A stretch of 63,940 nucleotides of DNA, filler included, from Sphacelaria rigidula (taxonomy: Eukaryota), in the NCBI GenBank assembly GCA_964200075.2. It is 9 parts of 9 records of this genome, joined end to end, with 100 filler letters (N's around TTAATTAATTAA, not from the genome) between each part and the next. Parts side by side here need not be neighbours in the genome. Positions count along the whole stretch, not along the records: positions 21,351 to 28,366 come from CAXNAA020016941.1; positions 28,467 to 35,481 come from CAXNAA020016943.1; positions 35,582 to 42,596 come from CAXNAA020016944.1; 6 more parts are not named here. One strand, written 5' to 3'. The notes beneath the pieces were generated by a model that was not told the DNA's origin, did not search any database, and saw nothing but the letters and a program-made list of their open reading frames with translations. The position numbers were made by a program, and so were the translations under genes. Shown in pieces: positions 23,571 to 36,651 of this stretch (position 1 is its first letter; every line of letters begins with the position of its first letter).

Positions 23571-26500
23571 GCTGCAGCTGCAGTCGGCATCCAGTATCAC
23601 GCGTAGAGGGCAACAAAATCAAGGGGGTATTCTTCCAAGCCAGCTGCAACAGGTCAACGGCTCATGTGCACCGGACTTGATGTCAGGTACCCAGCAACCC
23701 CCGCCGGAAACCTCCAACATGAAGTCAGAAAAGACTCGGCTCTCACACCCACACACCGACGAGTGCCCCTGCCCTGACGGAAACAGACAGTCCCGCCGCT
23801 GAAGCAGCGAGAATCGGTCCCCAACCTCACTTTCAAAACACAGTCACGAGTACAGTCACCTTTCATCTTTAGTCGAGACGCAGACGAGCGATTTGGGCGA
23901 CAGTCCCGATCACCAACAAGCAGCTGTGTGCACAGCCAAGGAAGCAGTCATGACTTTGATGGGGAGAGAGAGCACTTGGAGGAACTGTGGGACATCACTA
24001 CTTTTTGGTGGACGACTTTTTTGTGGACGAAATATGGAGCAAGCACAACCAAAACCTCCGTCCAACAAAGAGCGCGGACATAGGGAACACACATGAATTT
24101 CTGCCACGATTTCAATGAACTTACCATGGTCCTCGGAGGCACCTAGCGGTGGAGTAGAAGGGTAGTTCGGGGGTTTGATCGTGATCGCCTCGCCACACAC
24201 TTTCGAAATGAGGTATTTTCAGAACACACTTTGATTGGTCAAGAAAACCCGACATCGGAGTAGTACGGCTGTACCATCTACATTTTTAGACCATAATCCA
24301 TTTGTCTCGCGCTAGCCAGCTAAGCAGTAAGCTGACCTTGCTGACCGTGAAAACTGCAGAGCCAAGCTGTGTTAGGAACCGGAAACTAGATTGGAGCGAG
24401 AGCATGACTTCTAGTGACAGTAGGACCGGAGATTTATCAAAAAAGTTGCTGGTAGGGGAGAATATATCAGCGGATGAATATGACATCAATGCCGAGCTCG
24501 TTGCCGTTGGGAAGCTGTTCCCGAGAGGATCTCGTTCCAGTGTACAGGCTAGTAACACTGCTTTCGCTCAGACTATGATCATGTGAGTACCGTTAATCCT
24601 CTGAAGTTAGTGTAGTGCGAACCCTAGCAGGCGCCACGGACTTGTCTGTCCCTTTGCAACGTGTGATTTTACTCGTAGCGTTTCTGTTCCGAAAACTGGG
24701 TCAGAGAATCGACATGATGTTGAAGGGCACATGAGCACAAGAGCAACTCCTGGCTGTGTTGCGATGGCCTGGCGGAACGTTCTTCGCAGCCATCCCTGCA
24801 ACACTGCTGTACTTGCTGTACCGACTGTCTAGATTTGTCGCACACATGCAAACAGATATGTTGTTGGAGAGGTGCAAATTATTCGACCCAAAAAGAGCCA
24901 GTGCGCTTCCCAAGCACCCACTCATGCGTGTGCCGCGTACACAGCACACCTCTCTCGTACCTGCTGCATTCCGAAGCACCGTAGACTCAGTGCATCGGCA
25001 GCATAGTGTCGTCATTGTACGGTAGGGTGCCAACCCCTCGACCCGTCAGGGATTTGATTGAATGTCAGGTGGACGGGCTTTGGTGGGGTTCGGAGTAATT
25101 CCTTGCGGGTGGATAAACACCGTCTACAGGTCCATGGGAACACGGGGGGGGGGGGACCTCAAAAGGACCTGACCACGCGTATGCTGTGTGTGATAGTTCC
25201 CCGTACGTTACGCCATCATTCTATGAAGATTTGCAGTAGATTTTTCCCGGTTGGGTATACAGTATTTTGGAAATTATGCAGTCGGCCCAAACGGTGATTT
25301 TTTTCTCATGATTTATGCCGCTGTACCATAGCCAACATCGCACAGCCCACAACTTCCTACACACAGCGACGATTATGGCCAGCGCCCTTACGTGATGTGC
25401 TAGCCACGGTCCACACCATGCCCCAAGATTTGGCGTGCTGCTCCAGCAAGTGTTTACAGACGTTGCGTAAGAGAGCTGGCTCCAATCGTTGCTGTGTGTG
25501 AAGGTATGGGCTGTGAGAATGCTGACTATGACAAAGGGGCACAAAAACACTAGAAAAACGTTATGTGGGCCGGTTGGATTCTTGCAAAAACACCAACTTG
25601 ACCATGCAGGATGGCCTTAGCTACGATTGACCACATCATTCGTGACGCGCGGAGATCACCATAAGCGGTGATCCCAGCCGCGTTTGATGCCGTCAGTCAT
25701 GCACCAAGATTCTGCGAGTCGTAACGGAACTCAATGATGCATCAAAGAAAAATGATAAAAACCCTTCTCCCTTGACAGTGGCAAGAGGTTGTTGCACGGT
25801 TGGATGGCCACCTGATTAGCGGTGCGGGGATGCGTTGACAAAAGAAAGGGGTGAAACGGGGGCGCGGTTTACATGGCGATATTTTTCCACGTTTTCCTTG
25901 AACCGGGGCAAGGGAATTGTGATCGTCACGAAAAAGGTGCGAGTCATATATACCAGTTCTGGAACCCGTATATGAAGCAGGTACTAGTCATCAACCGACG
26001 TGGATATGAACAACAAGACGTGCACCCTGCTTGGGAACAAGCCGCACACACAGTCCGAAGCACAACACAACAACACACCGTACATAGTACACCAACTACT
26101 GCAAAAATATGGCTGACTTGACTCTGGCACAGCCCGTCAACCTCGGCCGCGAGGAAATGGAAAGGATGGTGCACACGCTGGATGCGCACCACGGTCTTGA
26201 CCATCAGAATTGTTCCGATCTTGATCCTGTGGGATGCGTCTTGCACACACTGCACTTCTGTGGTGACTGCCGACATCTTTGACGATATTCTCTTCCTCCG
26301 GGGGATGCAAACAAATAGTGAACCGCAAAGCAGACACGGGGCGCGATTTTTTCCCGAGGGTGCAGAAAAATGTTATTTCGTGATCACAGAAAAGAGTTGT
26401 GCGATTTTTCAAGTATGATTGAGCCTTCGACCACCAGGGTGGTCCATCTGTTAAATCTGCTTGTCGTTCATTCGCAAAACGAGTGCAAGGCCCAGATGAT

Positions 26501-28208
26501 TTCGCCCTTATGGTGAAAGGATGAAACCGTTGCTGCGGCTGCTCAGATTACAGTTGATACAATAGGACACCAACCGCTATAGTACAGTACACTACCACAG
26601 TACACTACTGTGAGCAGACAACACCCCTCAAGCTGCAGGCGTGCCAATCTACAAGCATGCAAGATTAGGCGTGACGATTCACAAGGACCTACGTCGCAGT
26701 TGAACTTTTGAGTGAAACTCAGCAAAGAGCACGCGACATCTCCTCGCATGATAGCGTTCCACTTTTAGTAGACCGCTGCACGAAAGCCGCGCACACAGAC
26801 GTATAACTGCAGGATAATCTCTAATCGGGCAGACACGATACTTTCACATAAATAGGTAAAACAGGGTGCGTGGTGAGAAGTCCGTCGTCATAGTAGAACA
26901 CGCGGGTGGCAGGTCTAACACTTTTCAACAATCCGACCAAATGATGTTAAAAGTGCCTACACCACGTACAAGATACCCGTGATTTTTTTTTAATATTTAC
27001 AAAATCATTTCGCGTCGAGCGTGTGGTACTAATTACAATACAAACCCGTGTATTGAAACTCGAGAAACGCAATGACGATAGTGCCAGATGTAAGAAGCAG
27101 TGCAGCGAACTCTGAGCAACAAGCACGGACACCTGCTCCTGTCAAACTTATTAGGCACCTACGCAGAGCGTCGAAAGTGCTGCGTTCGTCACCACCTGCT
27201 GTTGTAAGTGAATCTTGGTGTCAGTCACTTCTTCGTTCAGTGCCGCGGGTACTTCCGCATCGTTGTGCTGATGATGCTTAAGCTGTCGTACGCCGCCTGC
27301 CGCAGCTTCAGATTTCGCCTCTGTCTACTTCTGCAGCGAAGTGTCCGCCACTGACACTTGCTCAACTCCAGCTTGACAGCTTTCAACTCGTCCCGCAACC
27401 GCTGTACGGTCGCTGCCTTGTGTCTCTCCTTTTTTCTGCTGTGTTATTTCCATGATGCTCCATGGTCTGCCTCGTCCTTCACTGCCATAGAAGCGATCGC
27501 CGTTTACACCATTTTGACGTGACACCCTGCTCTCGTTGCCCCTGTTCTCGCTGCGGTAGCCCTCCACCGTGGCAGCTTCTGCCTCCTCCTTCACTTTCGC
27601 AACTTCTGCCGTGTCTTCTGCTACCATCTCTTCGCTTAAACAGCCTTTGCCACCACTGCTGCTGTCTTCTTTTTCGTTTCTGACATCTCTGCCGCCGCGT
27701 TTGCTGCCTCCTCCTCGGCTTCTATCAGTTGGGCCCGCAAGCGACTCACGTTATCTTCAGCTGCCTTGAGCCTTGGATCGGTGACATTTTCTTTGGGTTG
27801 GTTTTCCGTTGTTGCTTCAAATTATTTGCAGCCGGTTTTCTATGCTTTCATTTTGCCGCCTTCCATCCCCAACGGATGCTTGCCTCTTGAACTTTCCCAT
27901 CTTTGACAGAGGAGCACTCGAGGGGTACTGGGAGATTGGAAAGCTGCGTTGTGCTCTGTGTCCGCCTGGACCTACTACTGTGTTCGTCCGGCCCCGATGT
28001 ATATTTCCGCGATACGGTTTTGGAGTGACGAGCGAAATACTGGTTTTATGAAGTGTAGAATTGATTTTTCTCAAGCTTCGCTTCAAGTACCCAAGACAAA
28101 GGCTTGGCCGTTCACAGCGTATCGGGCGCAGGGTCAAATTGATATAAGTTGAGGCGCACGACGTGTCGCCCTTGGGGAGAGCTTCGCGGTCGAAAGTACC
28201 TGTCTAAC

Positions 28209-28366
28209 GATACTTTCTACGATAGCCCCCCCCCAAAAAGTGCATGGTTTTTTAAGGCAAAATCTTCACGTGAATCGGAAAGGAAAAAGCCGAGCACAAC
28301 GAGAAGCTGGGAATTTCCACGCTTGGGTTTGCTCTAGCCAATGTCGCCAATATCAGGCGCTTCATG
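28209..28366 (-). mobile_element. MITE with GAYACTTTCTACGATAGCCCC TIR, cut by the contig end
   Basis: Reverse complement of the right part of 37270..37520. Confidence 0.8.
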
Positions 28367-28466
28367 NNNNNNNNNNNNNNNNNNNNNNNNNNNNNNNNNN
28401 NNNNNNNNNNTTAATTAATTAANNNNNNNNNNNNNNNNNNNNNNNNNNNNNNNNNNNNNNNNNNNN
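28367..28466. other. Artificial contig linker
   Basis: Same N44-TTAATTAATTAA-N44 design. Confidence 0.98.
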
Positions 28467-28842
28467 CGTGGAGACCTGTTTGACCAGCGGTCGATGTTTT
28501 TCTCTCTTTCGAGCAATCAGGCCTAAGAAATTGTGGATTTGGTGATTCGAATCGGCGATGATTCGTCCGAACCGTGGAAGATAGATACCACGTGTAATTA
28601 CAAAATAAATTACGGACAGACCTTTTCACTTTAGAGTGGAAGGGCCCAGCCGAGACCACTGCGGTTTCACCGCCGAAATCGGAGATGGCAACGTCAGGAA
28701 CACTTGAATAAATTGAAATTGGAAGCGCCCTGGACACAGGGCAATCTTTATACTAAAATTCGTGCACCAGCGTTGTTTTTGATATTCCGATCTCCTCTTA
28801 TCTTAGGTGAGGCAATAGGATGAGGGAATTGATACACTGTAA

Positions 28843-29205
28843 CGTTCAGCCGGTCGGCCCGGTGGCTTCTCGAAACGTTACTGACGGTTGGGTCGTGGGT
28901 TCGAATCTCGGTGGAGTCACGCACGATCTTGGACTTTTTCTCGCATCATATTTAACAGTGGAGAGCGGCTATGTCGTGGATACACAAAAATCGACTTCAC
29001 GGTCGACGAGGGAAAGGGATTGCTGAACCCCTTTCTTCGCGATAAAAGATGAGGAATGCATCACAGAAGAAAGGTGGAGTGATAATAAAATGAACTAAAG
29101 AAACACTCCTGTGTTGGCCTTCCTCCTGTGTGACCCCAGCTGATGCGTCCACATCTACCGGAACGTGTAGACTAGTGTCCAGAAGAGATTGGATGACACA
29201 CACAC
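28843..29205 (+). mobile_element. tRNA-derived SINE-like element
   Basis: B-box GGTTCGAATC at 28898, body shared with 13770..13955, CA-rich tail. Confidence 0.6.
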
Positions 29206-30191
29206 CGTTATTGTTTTCTGTCGTGGTGGAAGGGGCGGGGAGAACGTGCTCTCAAGGGGTTCAATCACCATAGAGATTTTTCATCACAATTGTTGAGCGC
29301 CATGCCGAACGAATCTTTTTATCTTGGCGGCTGACCTGAAAACAGTTCCTGAGCGTATCGCTCACCACGCAGTGTTATATTCGGGCGAGAGACACGCGTG
29401 CACTCGCAAGTGTATCGGCTTTGCAAAAGAGAGTTTTAGATAGTGCTTCCTGCGTGGGAAGCTTTGTTGGTCTTGGGAGTTGAGTCAGACGAGAGCTCAA
29501 TAGCTGTATGCTTAGCGTGGTACTACCGAGAACGGCAAACAGCGCTCGCGATGGAGAGAGACGCACTATTGAAAGTTGACACCGTTCTCGTCTCCTCCTC
29601 AGTGACTCCAACTGTACACTTAGCGCAGAATTCGACAAGCTGCGGTTCTGCTGAGCCTCCACGGGATGCCGAGGCTCTTTTGATCATTCACGTGGGTGTG
29701 GACGTGATCATATGCGACCGTCTCCACAACTGCGGTGTGTTGCTTGAAGGTGGGAGATCCGTCGGCTGCCACGAAGGGCTCGAAATGCTTGTATCAGTAG
29801 CATAGGTGTTCGAGATTATAGGCATGGCAGACGCTCGTGAAGAAAAAACACTGATTCACGCTCCGAATGACGCTTCATGGAAAGTCGAGAGGATATGATA
29901 TTATACATGCTTGCACTCGCCGTCAGCGGCCGTGCGTGCAAGCTGACGTCCTACACCAAAAATCCTCAAAAAAAACGATGGATGTTTCTCGCCAGGAACA
30001 CTCGTACCGGTACGTTGCCACACACAAGGCAAGATTGAAAATTCAAGACAACCTGACCACATCGTTTTCGCCAGCTGACTTTGCGGTCAGTGTCTTCGAC
30101 TCAATTGTATAGAGTGCTTTCAACGCGTGTCGACTCAATTGTATAGAGGAAAATGACAACAACACAAACAAAACGGGACGAATGAAGTTTG

Positions 30192-30396
30192 CAAGGGCAG
30201 GTGCAGTAGAGTATACTCAATTGCAGGGTATTTTGAAAGACGTACTCGAGGTTCTCAAATTAGGGTAGAGTGTTAAGCGTCGTACCCGAAAAATAACTGG
30301 AAAGCGATCCCCAAAACCTTACCCCCACTTTGTCTACATCAAGTACGACTTTCAAAACACCCCGCAATTGAGTATACTCTACTCGACCTGCCCTTG
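30192..30396. mobile_element. MITE with ~55-bp TIRs and 8-bp TSD (P- or hAT-like)
   Basis: caagggcagg..agtagagtatactcaattgc / gcaattgagtatactctact..cctgcccttg; flanks gaagtttg and gaaatttg. Confidence 0.82.
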
Positions 30397-32816
30397 GAAA
30401 TTTGGTCATCTGCCCGTGAGCTAAAGGGCAGATGTGATGCCAACTTCATCAATACTGACACAAAACACTACGCAGCAAAGAAAATCGATCGAAACACGAA
30501 ATTGTGCCAGCCGCCAACGATGACACCAACCCAATTTCAGCAGTAACAGATGGAAACGGCAAAAAAGCTACACACTGCAAATAAAGCACTAAGAAACAGT
30601 TCACCAAACAAAGCATAAAAATGTATTACGAAGGCGAAAAGAACGGAACAGCCTTCAACAGACATAAACTCAAGTTTCACACGGCGATCGCGTGCAGGAA
30701 ATCAGATCCGTCGAGGAGGTGCGTATTTGGCTCCCGACCGGTTGGTTCCATTCTCCAATATGTGTCAAGCCGTCCAGTCGTTAACCAAGCAAAGTAAATC
30801 GACCTGTTTCAACATTTATTCCCATCGAAACGGGAGCCAAAATAACGACCACCCAATGCTGACGAAACATGACGCACATTACATACAACGCACACGATGC
30901 CACAACACAACATGCTGCAACACAAGAAATCAAAATTGATCATCTACATCTCCCTGCATACAGGCAGTATCCTTAGACTACATTTACTAAGAACGAGTAC
31001 CTAATATGTCGTGGTCAATTCCACCTGCGATGGCCGAGTGGGAGCGTTGCGAAATCGTGCGAAAATGCGATTCTAGCTTTTAGAACCTCGGCATAATAGT
31101 CGAGGCTTGTCTGTGATGAAAATTACAAGAATGCGGACAATGGTCGCCCCACAGAACGTCTCGCCACACATTGTGCAAGTCTCGCCGCTTTCTCGTTTTA
31201 CTGTAGCTGCGACGTGCAATGCCGCCTGAAGATGAGCACACCCTCTCCACTCAGTCTCGCGTCAGGCAAACGACGCACACACGCTAGCCGCGTCTGCAGA
31301 CAGACCTTGTGCTTGGTCGACCGGCAGGGGAGGGCTGCTGTGGCCTACTAAAATTGACCAGTTCGCCATGATCACTTCACTTCGCAAGGTGGGGGAAACA
31401 AAAGCACGCCACGGCATCCACAATCCATAATCCGTAGCTACTGTAGCTCAAGTGCCATGGAAGTCAAGCTTCAAACCCTTGAGCACTGGTTTTGCAACAA
31501 GCTGCAAAGCATCTCTGTATCTAAATCCCAACGAACTACAGAGGACACACACACAGAGCATCATGCCGAAGGAACAATAACCACCTCCATCGACACACGG
31601 ACAGCTGCTGTTCAATGGAGCGGCCTCTTTCGTCACGTGTACGTGTCAACAGCCGAGGTCTTGTTTCAATGCCAACACAAGGGATCGAATACCCACCAGT
31701 AAAGACATCACATTTTTTTCAAGGCATCTTTCAATAACTGCAATCAACAAAGAAACGACGACACCGAAATCAAGTCTCCTCATCTACTCGTATCAACAAT
31801 GACGTAGTATCCAACACGCATCAGCTTCAAGCTTCCCCTCCCCCGCGAAAAATACGTCAAGTGGAAGCGACTACACACGCGAAATATCTTCCCACACCAG
31901 TCAACTATCCACGACTCCGGGATAAGCTGTCTGGCCTGCACCCTATTGCCACTACCCCCGACAACAAGAGCTAACCATACGGCAGCGCAAACCAAACCTG
32001 GCCTGCCATCCACCGGCTAAAGCTGCAGCACCGAGTACACCATCACGTCATCATTGCATCGAATGTCCTCCGCAAGCTAAATACCTCACATTACCCGACG
32101 AAATACAGCACCCCCCGAGTTTTGCCGAGGATCAAGAGAAGTTAATCCCGGCAAGATGTCTTTCAACAACTGTCCCAAAACCTTCCCAACTATAAACGCC
32201 CAGGCGGCGTGGCTGCTCTCCGGTTCCGAGATAATCAAAGCTTCGAAACGTGTGACCCGGGGGGTGCTGAACGTACCAAACTCCGTGATTCAAGTATCCT
32301 TCCTCTTGTTCCGCGTTCACAGATACCCCCGCCCCCCCTGCCCCGGCTGGTGCATATTGTCAGTCTAGCTCAGTCTAGCTTCAAGATGTGTCCGATAAGA
32401 GGTTAACTCTGAGATTGAGAGATTGGAGGTGGGCCATAAAAATCTGGGTTACTCTCCGCCGCACGACAATATTACGTCTAGATCGCAGTATGTGACGATC
32501 AACAGTCAAAGTCTGTAGAACTGTGCCAGTCCTGTTCAATATCGTTTTGTACAACAGGTGCGGTCGGAATTTATATCGTACGGAAAGATAGGGCTACAAC
32601 AAGATATCAATCGCACGCTTGCCCTCTCCGCAAAGAATCACCGTCACCCTGTCTAGTATACATTACATTAATCCACTGAAAGCACCCCCCACCTCCTCCG
32701 CTGTCTTCGCGGAAACTGCTTCTTCGCACGAAGTGAATTCAACACTGGTGTAATCCCTTCGAGCCAAATCCCACAAAGTCCCTAAAAGTAACAAACTGCA
32801 CATATCGTCCATCTTT

Positions 32817-35206
32817 CTACTTCACCACAGCAGCAGAGTGAGAGGATGAACGGCGCTTGGTGATTTCCACGCACTTGAGGTAGGGCTTCCTGAAGTAGAA
32901 GAGGATGGCGCACGTCAGCGACAATACCAACACAAGGGCCATGAACAGCTTCGACGTGCCAAACTTCTGCGAAACGACACCTGGGCATCAACCAAAACAC
33001 AACATAGACATGGACGGCAAACGGAACGACGGTATCGCAGGATGAAGTTATCAAACAAGAGACGAGGAAAAAAAAAGGCGCGTAATGACGGTCGAGAATT
33101 ACACAGAGTGGAAGCCAAATCAGCACTGCTGAGGGAGACTGTTGGGGGAAAAGACACACGGGAAGGATATATTTGCAACCAAAACAGACGAGTGAAGAGA
33201 GCGCAATCGCGCACGTATGCGTGTATTTGTCAGCATCGACACACTGACGAGGCAGTAGCACGGCGGCACTCAGCTGCATGGGTAGCTACAAGCACCGTTT
33301 GAGTAACTCATGGGCCACACCAATTTCCTAGATAGTTCTGCACACGACTCAAACCCAAATTCGTAGCACTTGGGGTCTGCCCACGCAGTCAGCTCAACAA
33401 TCAGCGGTTTTTACCATCATGTCTTTCAAACGGAGTAGACGGTGCATGGGACAACACAGCAGCACAACAGCTCAGCTTCCAGATACGACGGCTCATCTCC
33501 TTCTGTATTTGGCGCATCTGAGAGCCAGACAAAACACTGGCTGGTGTACTTCCCAAATCGCGGTATCACAGTCATGAAACAATTCAAGTCAGGAGGTCAG
33601 CAGCACTTGCTGGCGAAGAGTGTTTCGTCAACGTCAAGATACCGTCGCCGTAAGATGGGGTCCCTTCGGTCACTGAATACAACAAGAGTAATTCACGGCT
33701 ACCAGGCACAAAAAAAAGTATTTCGACAAAGCAAAAATGTCTTTGCAAACCCGAAACATGCACACTACGCTTCGTCAATCAAAGGGTTACATGTCGGTGT
33801 GCGTCTCGTCCCGTCGCTGGCAACAGATGCTTGCCCGGCGTAGTTGTAGCACTGCGTTTAGTTATAGCACTGTGGTCAGCCGTTTTGTTTTCAGTAGCCA
33901 CAACACGAACCCAAGCATTCCTACGACGGAACAGATAGTACAGACAATTCACGCTTGCATCCAGGAGTGTACCACCCCATCCACCAATTGGAATATTGGA
34001 TTCTGCAACATGGAATATTGGATTTTCATCCCAAGTGCCAGTACATGAGGTAATGAGCGATAATCGATCAAACCAATTACCAGCTGGGCACATGGTACAA
34101 GAAAGTGATCAGATACAGACACGGTGGGCCATGTACTCTGTACAATCGGCAAGACTGAATCTTGCAGGTCAACTTGCGATATCTGACGGCGTCGTTTCAC
34201 GACGTGAAGTGAACAGAGCATTACTTCTTCCGCAACTCTTCCCTCACAAAGAACTCCAAGACTCACCTGCAATGACGGGGAACCCGATTCGCGCCAGAGA
34301 GCCCGCGGAACCGAACCAACCAAGTAGTGTTCCTTGCGGCTGCGCGCCCACAACCTTCGAGAATAAGCCCAAGACCTTGGAAAGCAAGCAAGCAAACAAA
34401 CATACAGGGCAGCACGAAGCGTTTTGGGGAATGTTCACACGGCAGCATTTCGGTGGCAACCTAGTCCCTAGTTCAAGCGCAGCAGCCGATCAAAGATTTC
34501 GTACCATGCCAGCACCTTTACCGCTCCCCCTGATACCCACAACCTTCTTCGCTGGGAAAACGGGTGAGTGACTGAGAGGCAGAGCCTTTTTTTTCTAGAC
34601 CCTAACATTGAAGCCGTCTACGGAAAAATAAGGACACATAACCAGGAAGTGGAAAGGTGCCGCATGGCTCCTTTTCATACCTTGAACCAACTATCACAGC
34701 ACACAGCACACAGCACACATACCCAGGCAGGCTGGACTTCTCACCGCGGTGTGGCCGATGGGGTAGCCAACGGAGTACATGAGAAAAACCGCTCCCATGA
34801 AGACGGGCAGCCCACGGGCGCCGTGCGGTGATGTGACGAACACGAGGCAAGACACAATCATGACAGCCATCCCGCCGAGTACAATCTTCACGTCATTGAA
34901 GTACCGACATAAAATGCGCATCGACAGGAGGGCCACCACCCCGATGCTGCCAAAAGTGGCAAACACGGAGCCGGCCTCAGCGCTCGTCAGGCCGAAGTGT
35001 GTCATGGCATATTCGGCGCCCAGAGTCTCGAAGCACGCGATGGTGCCTTTAGTCGTCATGTTCAGTAGAAATCCTCCGTAGATGAGCATGTCGTCGGTGC
35101 TGGGGAGGCGGACGGCGTGCAGCCATCTTGGCATGGGGCTGTCGGGTATGTGCCCGTTCAGTTGGGATTCGTTGGATAGGTCGTGTTCGTCTAGCGCTGC
35201 CAAACC
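32817..35206 (-). CDS. MFS transporter, MFSD8/CLN7-like (3' part; exons 35206-34745, 34375-34267, 32980-32817)
   Basis: GT-AG exons with matching phases give ...KGTIACFETLG...YSVGYPIGHTA|VLGLFSKVVGAQPQGTLLGWFGSAGSLARIGFPVIAG|VVSQKFGTSKLFMALVLVLSLTCAILFYFRK...VVK*. The SK..G..PQG..GW...GS.AR motif is typical of the MFSD8 family. 5' exons are off the contig. Confidence 0.85.
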
Positions 35207-35430
35207 CTGGAGGGCACGGGGATGGGATGCAGAAGGGGAGAGGGGGGGGGGGGGGGCACCGGACGCAGAGCTCGGCAAACGTTTGACGTCCATGGGTCAA
35301 AAACATTACACAAAATACATGAAGATGAAACGTGTGGAACCGAAGGGATGCAATGCAGTGGTACGTTGAGCAGGCCGCGTGAACGACCTTCACAGCTTCT
35401 CCATACATCTCGACAAGTACCAACGGAAAC

Positions 35431-35481
35431 GGGGGTGTACTCATGACCATGCTTGCCATAGTCATCAGACCATTGACCTCG
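35431..35481 (+). repeat. Repeat family R1, cut by the contig end
   Basis: gggggtgtactcatgaccatgcttgccatagtcatcagaccattgacctcg. Confidence 0.8.
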
Positions 35482-35581
35482 NNNNNNNNNNNNNNNNNNN
35501 NNNNNNNNNNNNNNNNNNNNNNNNNTTAATTAATTAANNNNNNNNNNNNNNNNNNNNNNNNNNNNNNNNNNNNNNNNNNNN
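35482..35581. other. Artificial contig linker
   Basis: Same N44-TTAATTAATTAA-N44 design. Confidence 0.98.
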
Positions 35582-36651
35582 GGGAAAATCCAATTTCGGG
35601 GAATTTCGGCGATCCGATCGAAAGGTGATCTCATTCCGTTCTTGAAGCCTGGTTTTTGTAGGAGGAAGCGGACAAAGAAATTGCAGCCGAAGGCCGAAAA
35701 GTGCTGGTACTTGAGCCCAGCCGAGGGCTACCCACGTGACGCGATGCGAGTTCTGACTGTACGAGGAACTATCTCCGTGACAAGACAACATGTAATATGG
35801 GCACGTACGTCCGCTGCCCCCCCCCGCACAATACAGCAAGCGATCCAGACGCCGGGCGAGCTGAAAGATTCCAGCGTCGATCAAGGTCAGGATGTGGTGA
35901 AGACAGGACGGAAAGCTCGGCAGTGGGCACTTCGCCCAGCGGTTCCTCAAGCGCGCCGTCCTCCCCGCCGAGTTCCGTTGGTGGGAGGGGTGGAGCAGCA
36001 CCGCAGATCCTCGTCAGTAGTAGAGGAGGCGAAGTGCCTCCACCGTCCCCGCGAGGGGAGGGAGGAGGCGGGGTGATACCAGAGATCCCCGTTCCGGATT
36101 TTGTCAACGGAGGGGGTAAGGTGGAGCCGGAATCATCATCTTCATCATTAACGCCAACACCAGTGCAGACGCCGACACCCACGCCGACGCCGACATCAGC
36201 GAAGACGCCGACACCTACGCCGACGCTCACATCGGCATCGGACACTGCCTCGTCGCCCGCACTGACACCCTTTTCCACGGGTCCCTCGCAAGATGGCGGG
36301 GGGGGCGGCGACGCTCCTCAACTCCCGAGGACCGAGCAACGCCCCCTGCGTGGGCTGACCGGGTACCAACGCCAAGGGCGGGGTGTACGAGGAGCCAAAC
36401 GCGCGAGGCAATGGGGCCGGTGCACGCACGAGACGAAACGCAGGTGGCTGGCGGAGCAGAGGAAAGCAAGGAGGAAGCGGAGATGGCGCTAGCGGGAATG
36501 GCGGAGGGCAAATGCTCAACCATGGAGCTGATCACCGCGGCAGCAGGACAGGTGGCTGGGCAAGACGCAATCGTTTCGACTCAACACGAGTTGGCTGAAA
36601 ACGAGTTTTTTTTGTTTTGTCGCTGAGGAAAACCGGGTAGGGCGGCCTGAA

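Noticed and set aside
27100..28140. Charged low-complexity minus-strand frame as a retroelement ORF1
   Set aside because: Several stops and no diagnostic motif; cannot be supported
28860..28930. tRNA gene
   Set aside because: Only a B-box/T-loop-like motif with no cloverleaf, and it continues into a repeat body
35769..36600. Pro/Thr-rich and Gly/Val-rich ORFs as a mucin- or extensin-like host gene
   Set aside because: Low-complexity linker between Copia integrase and RT
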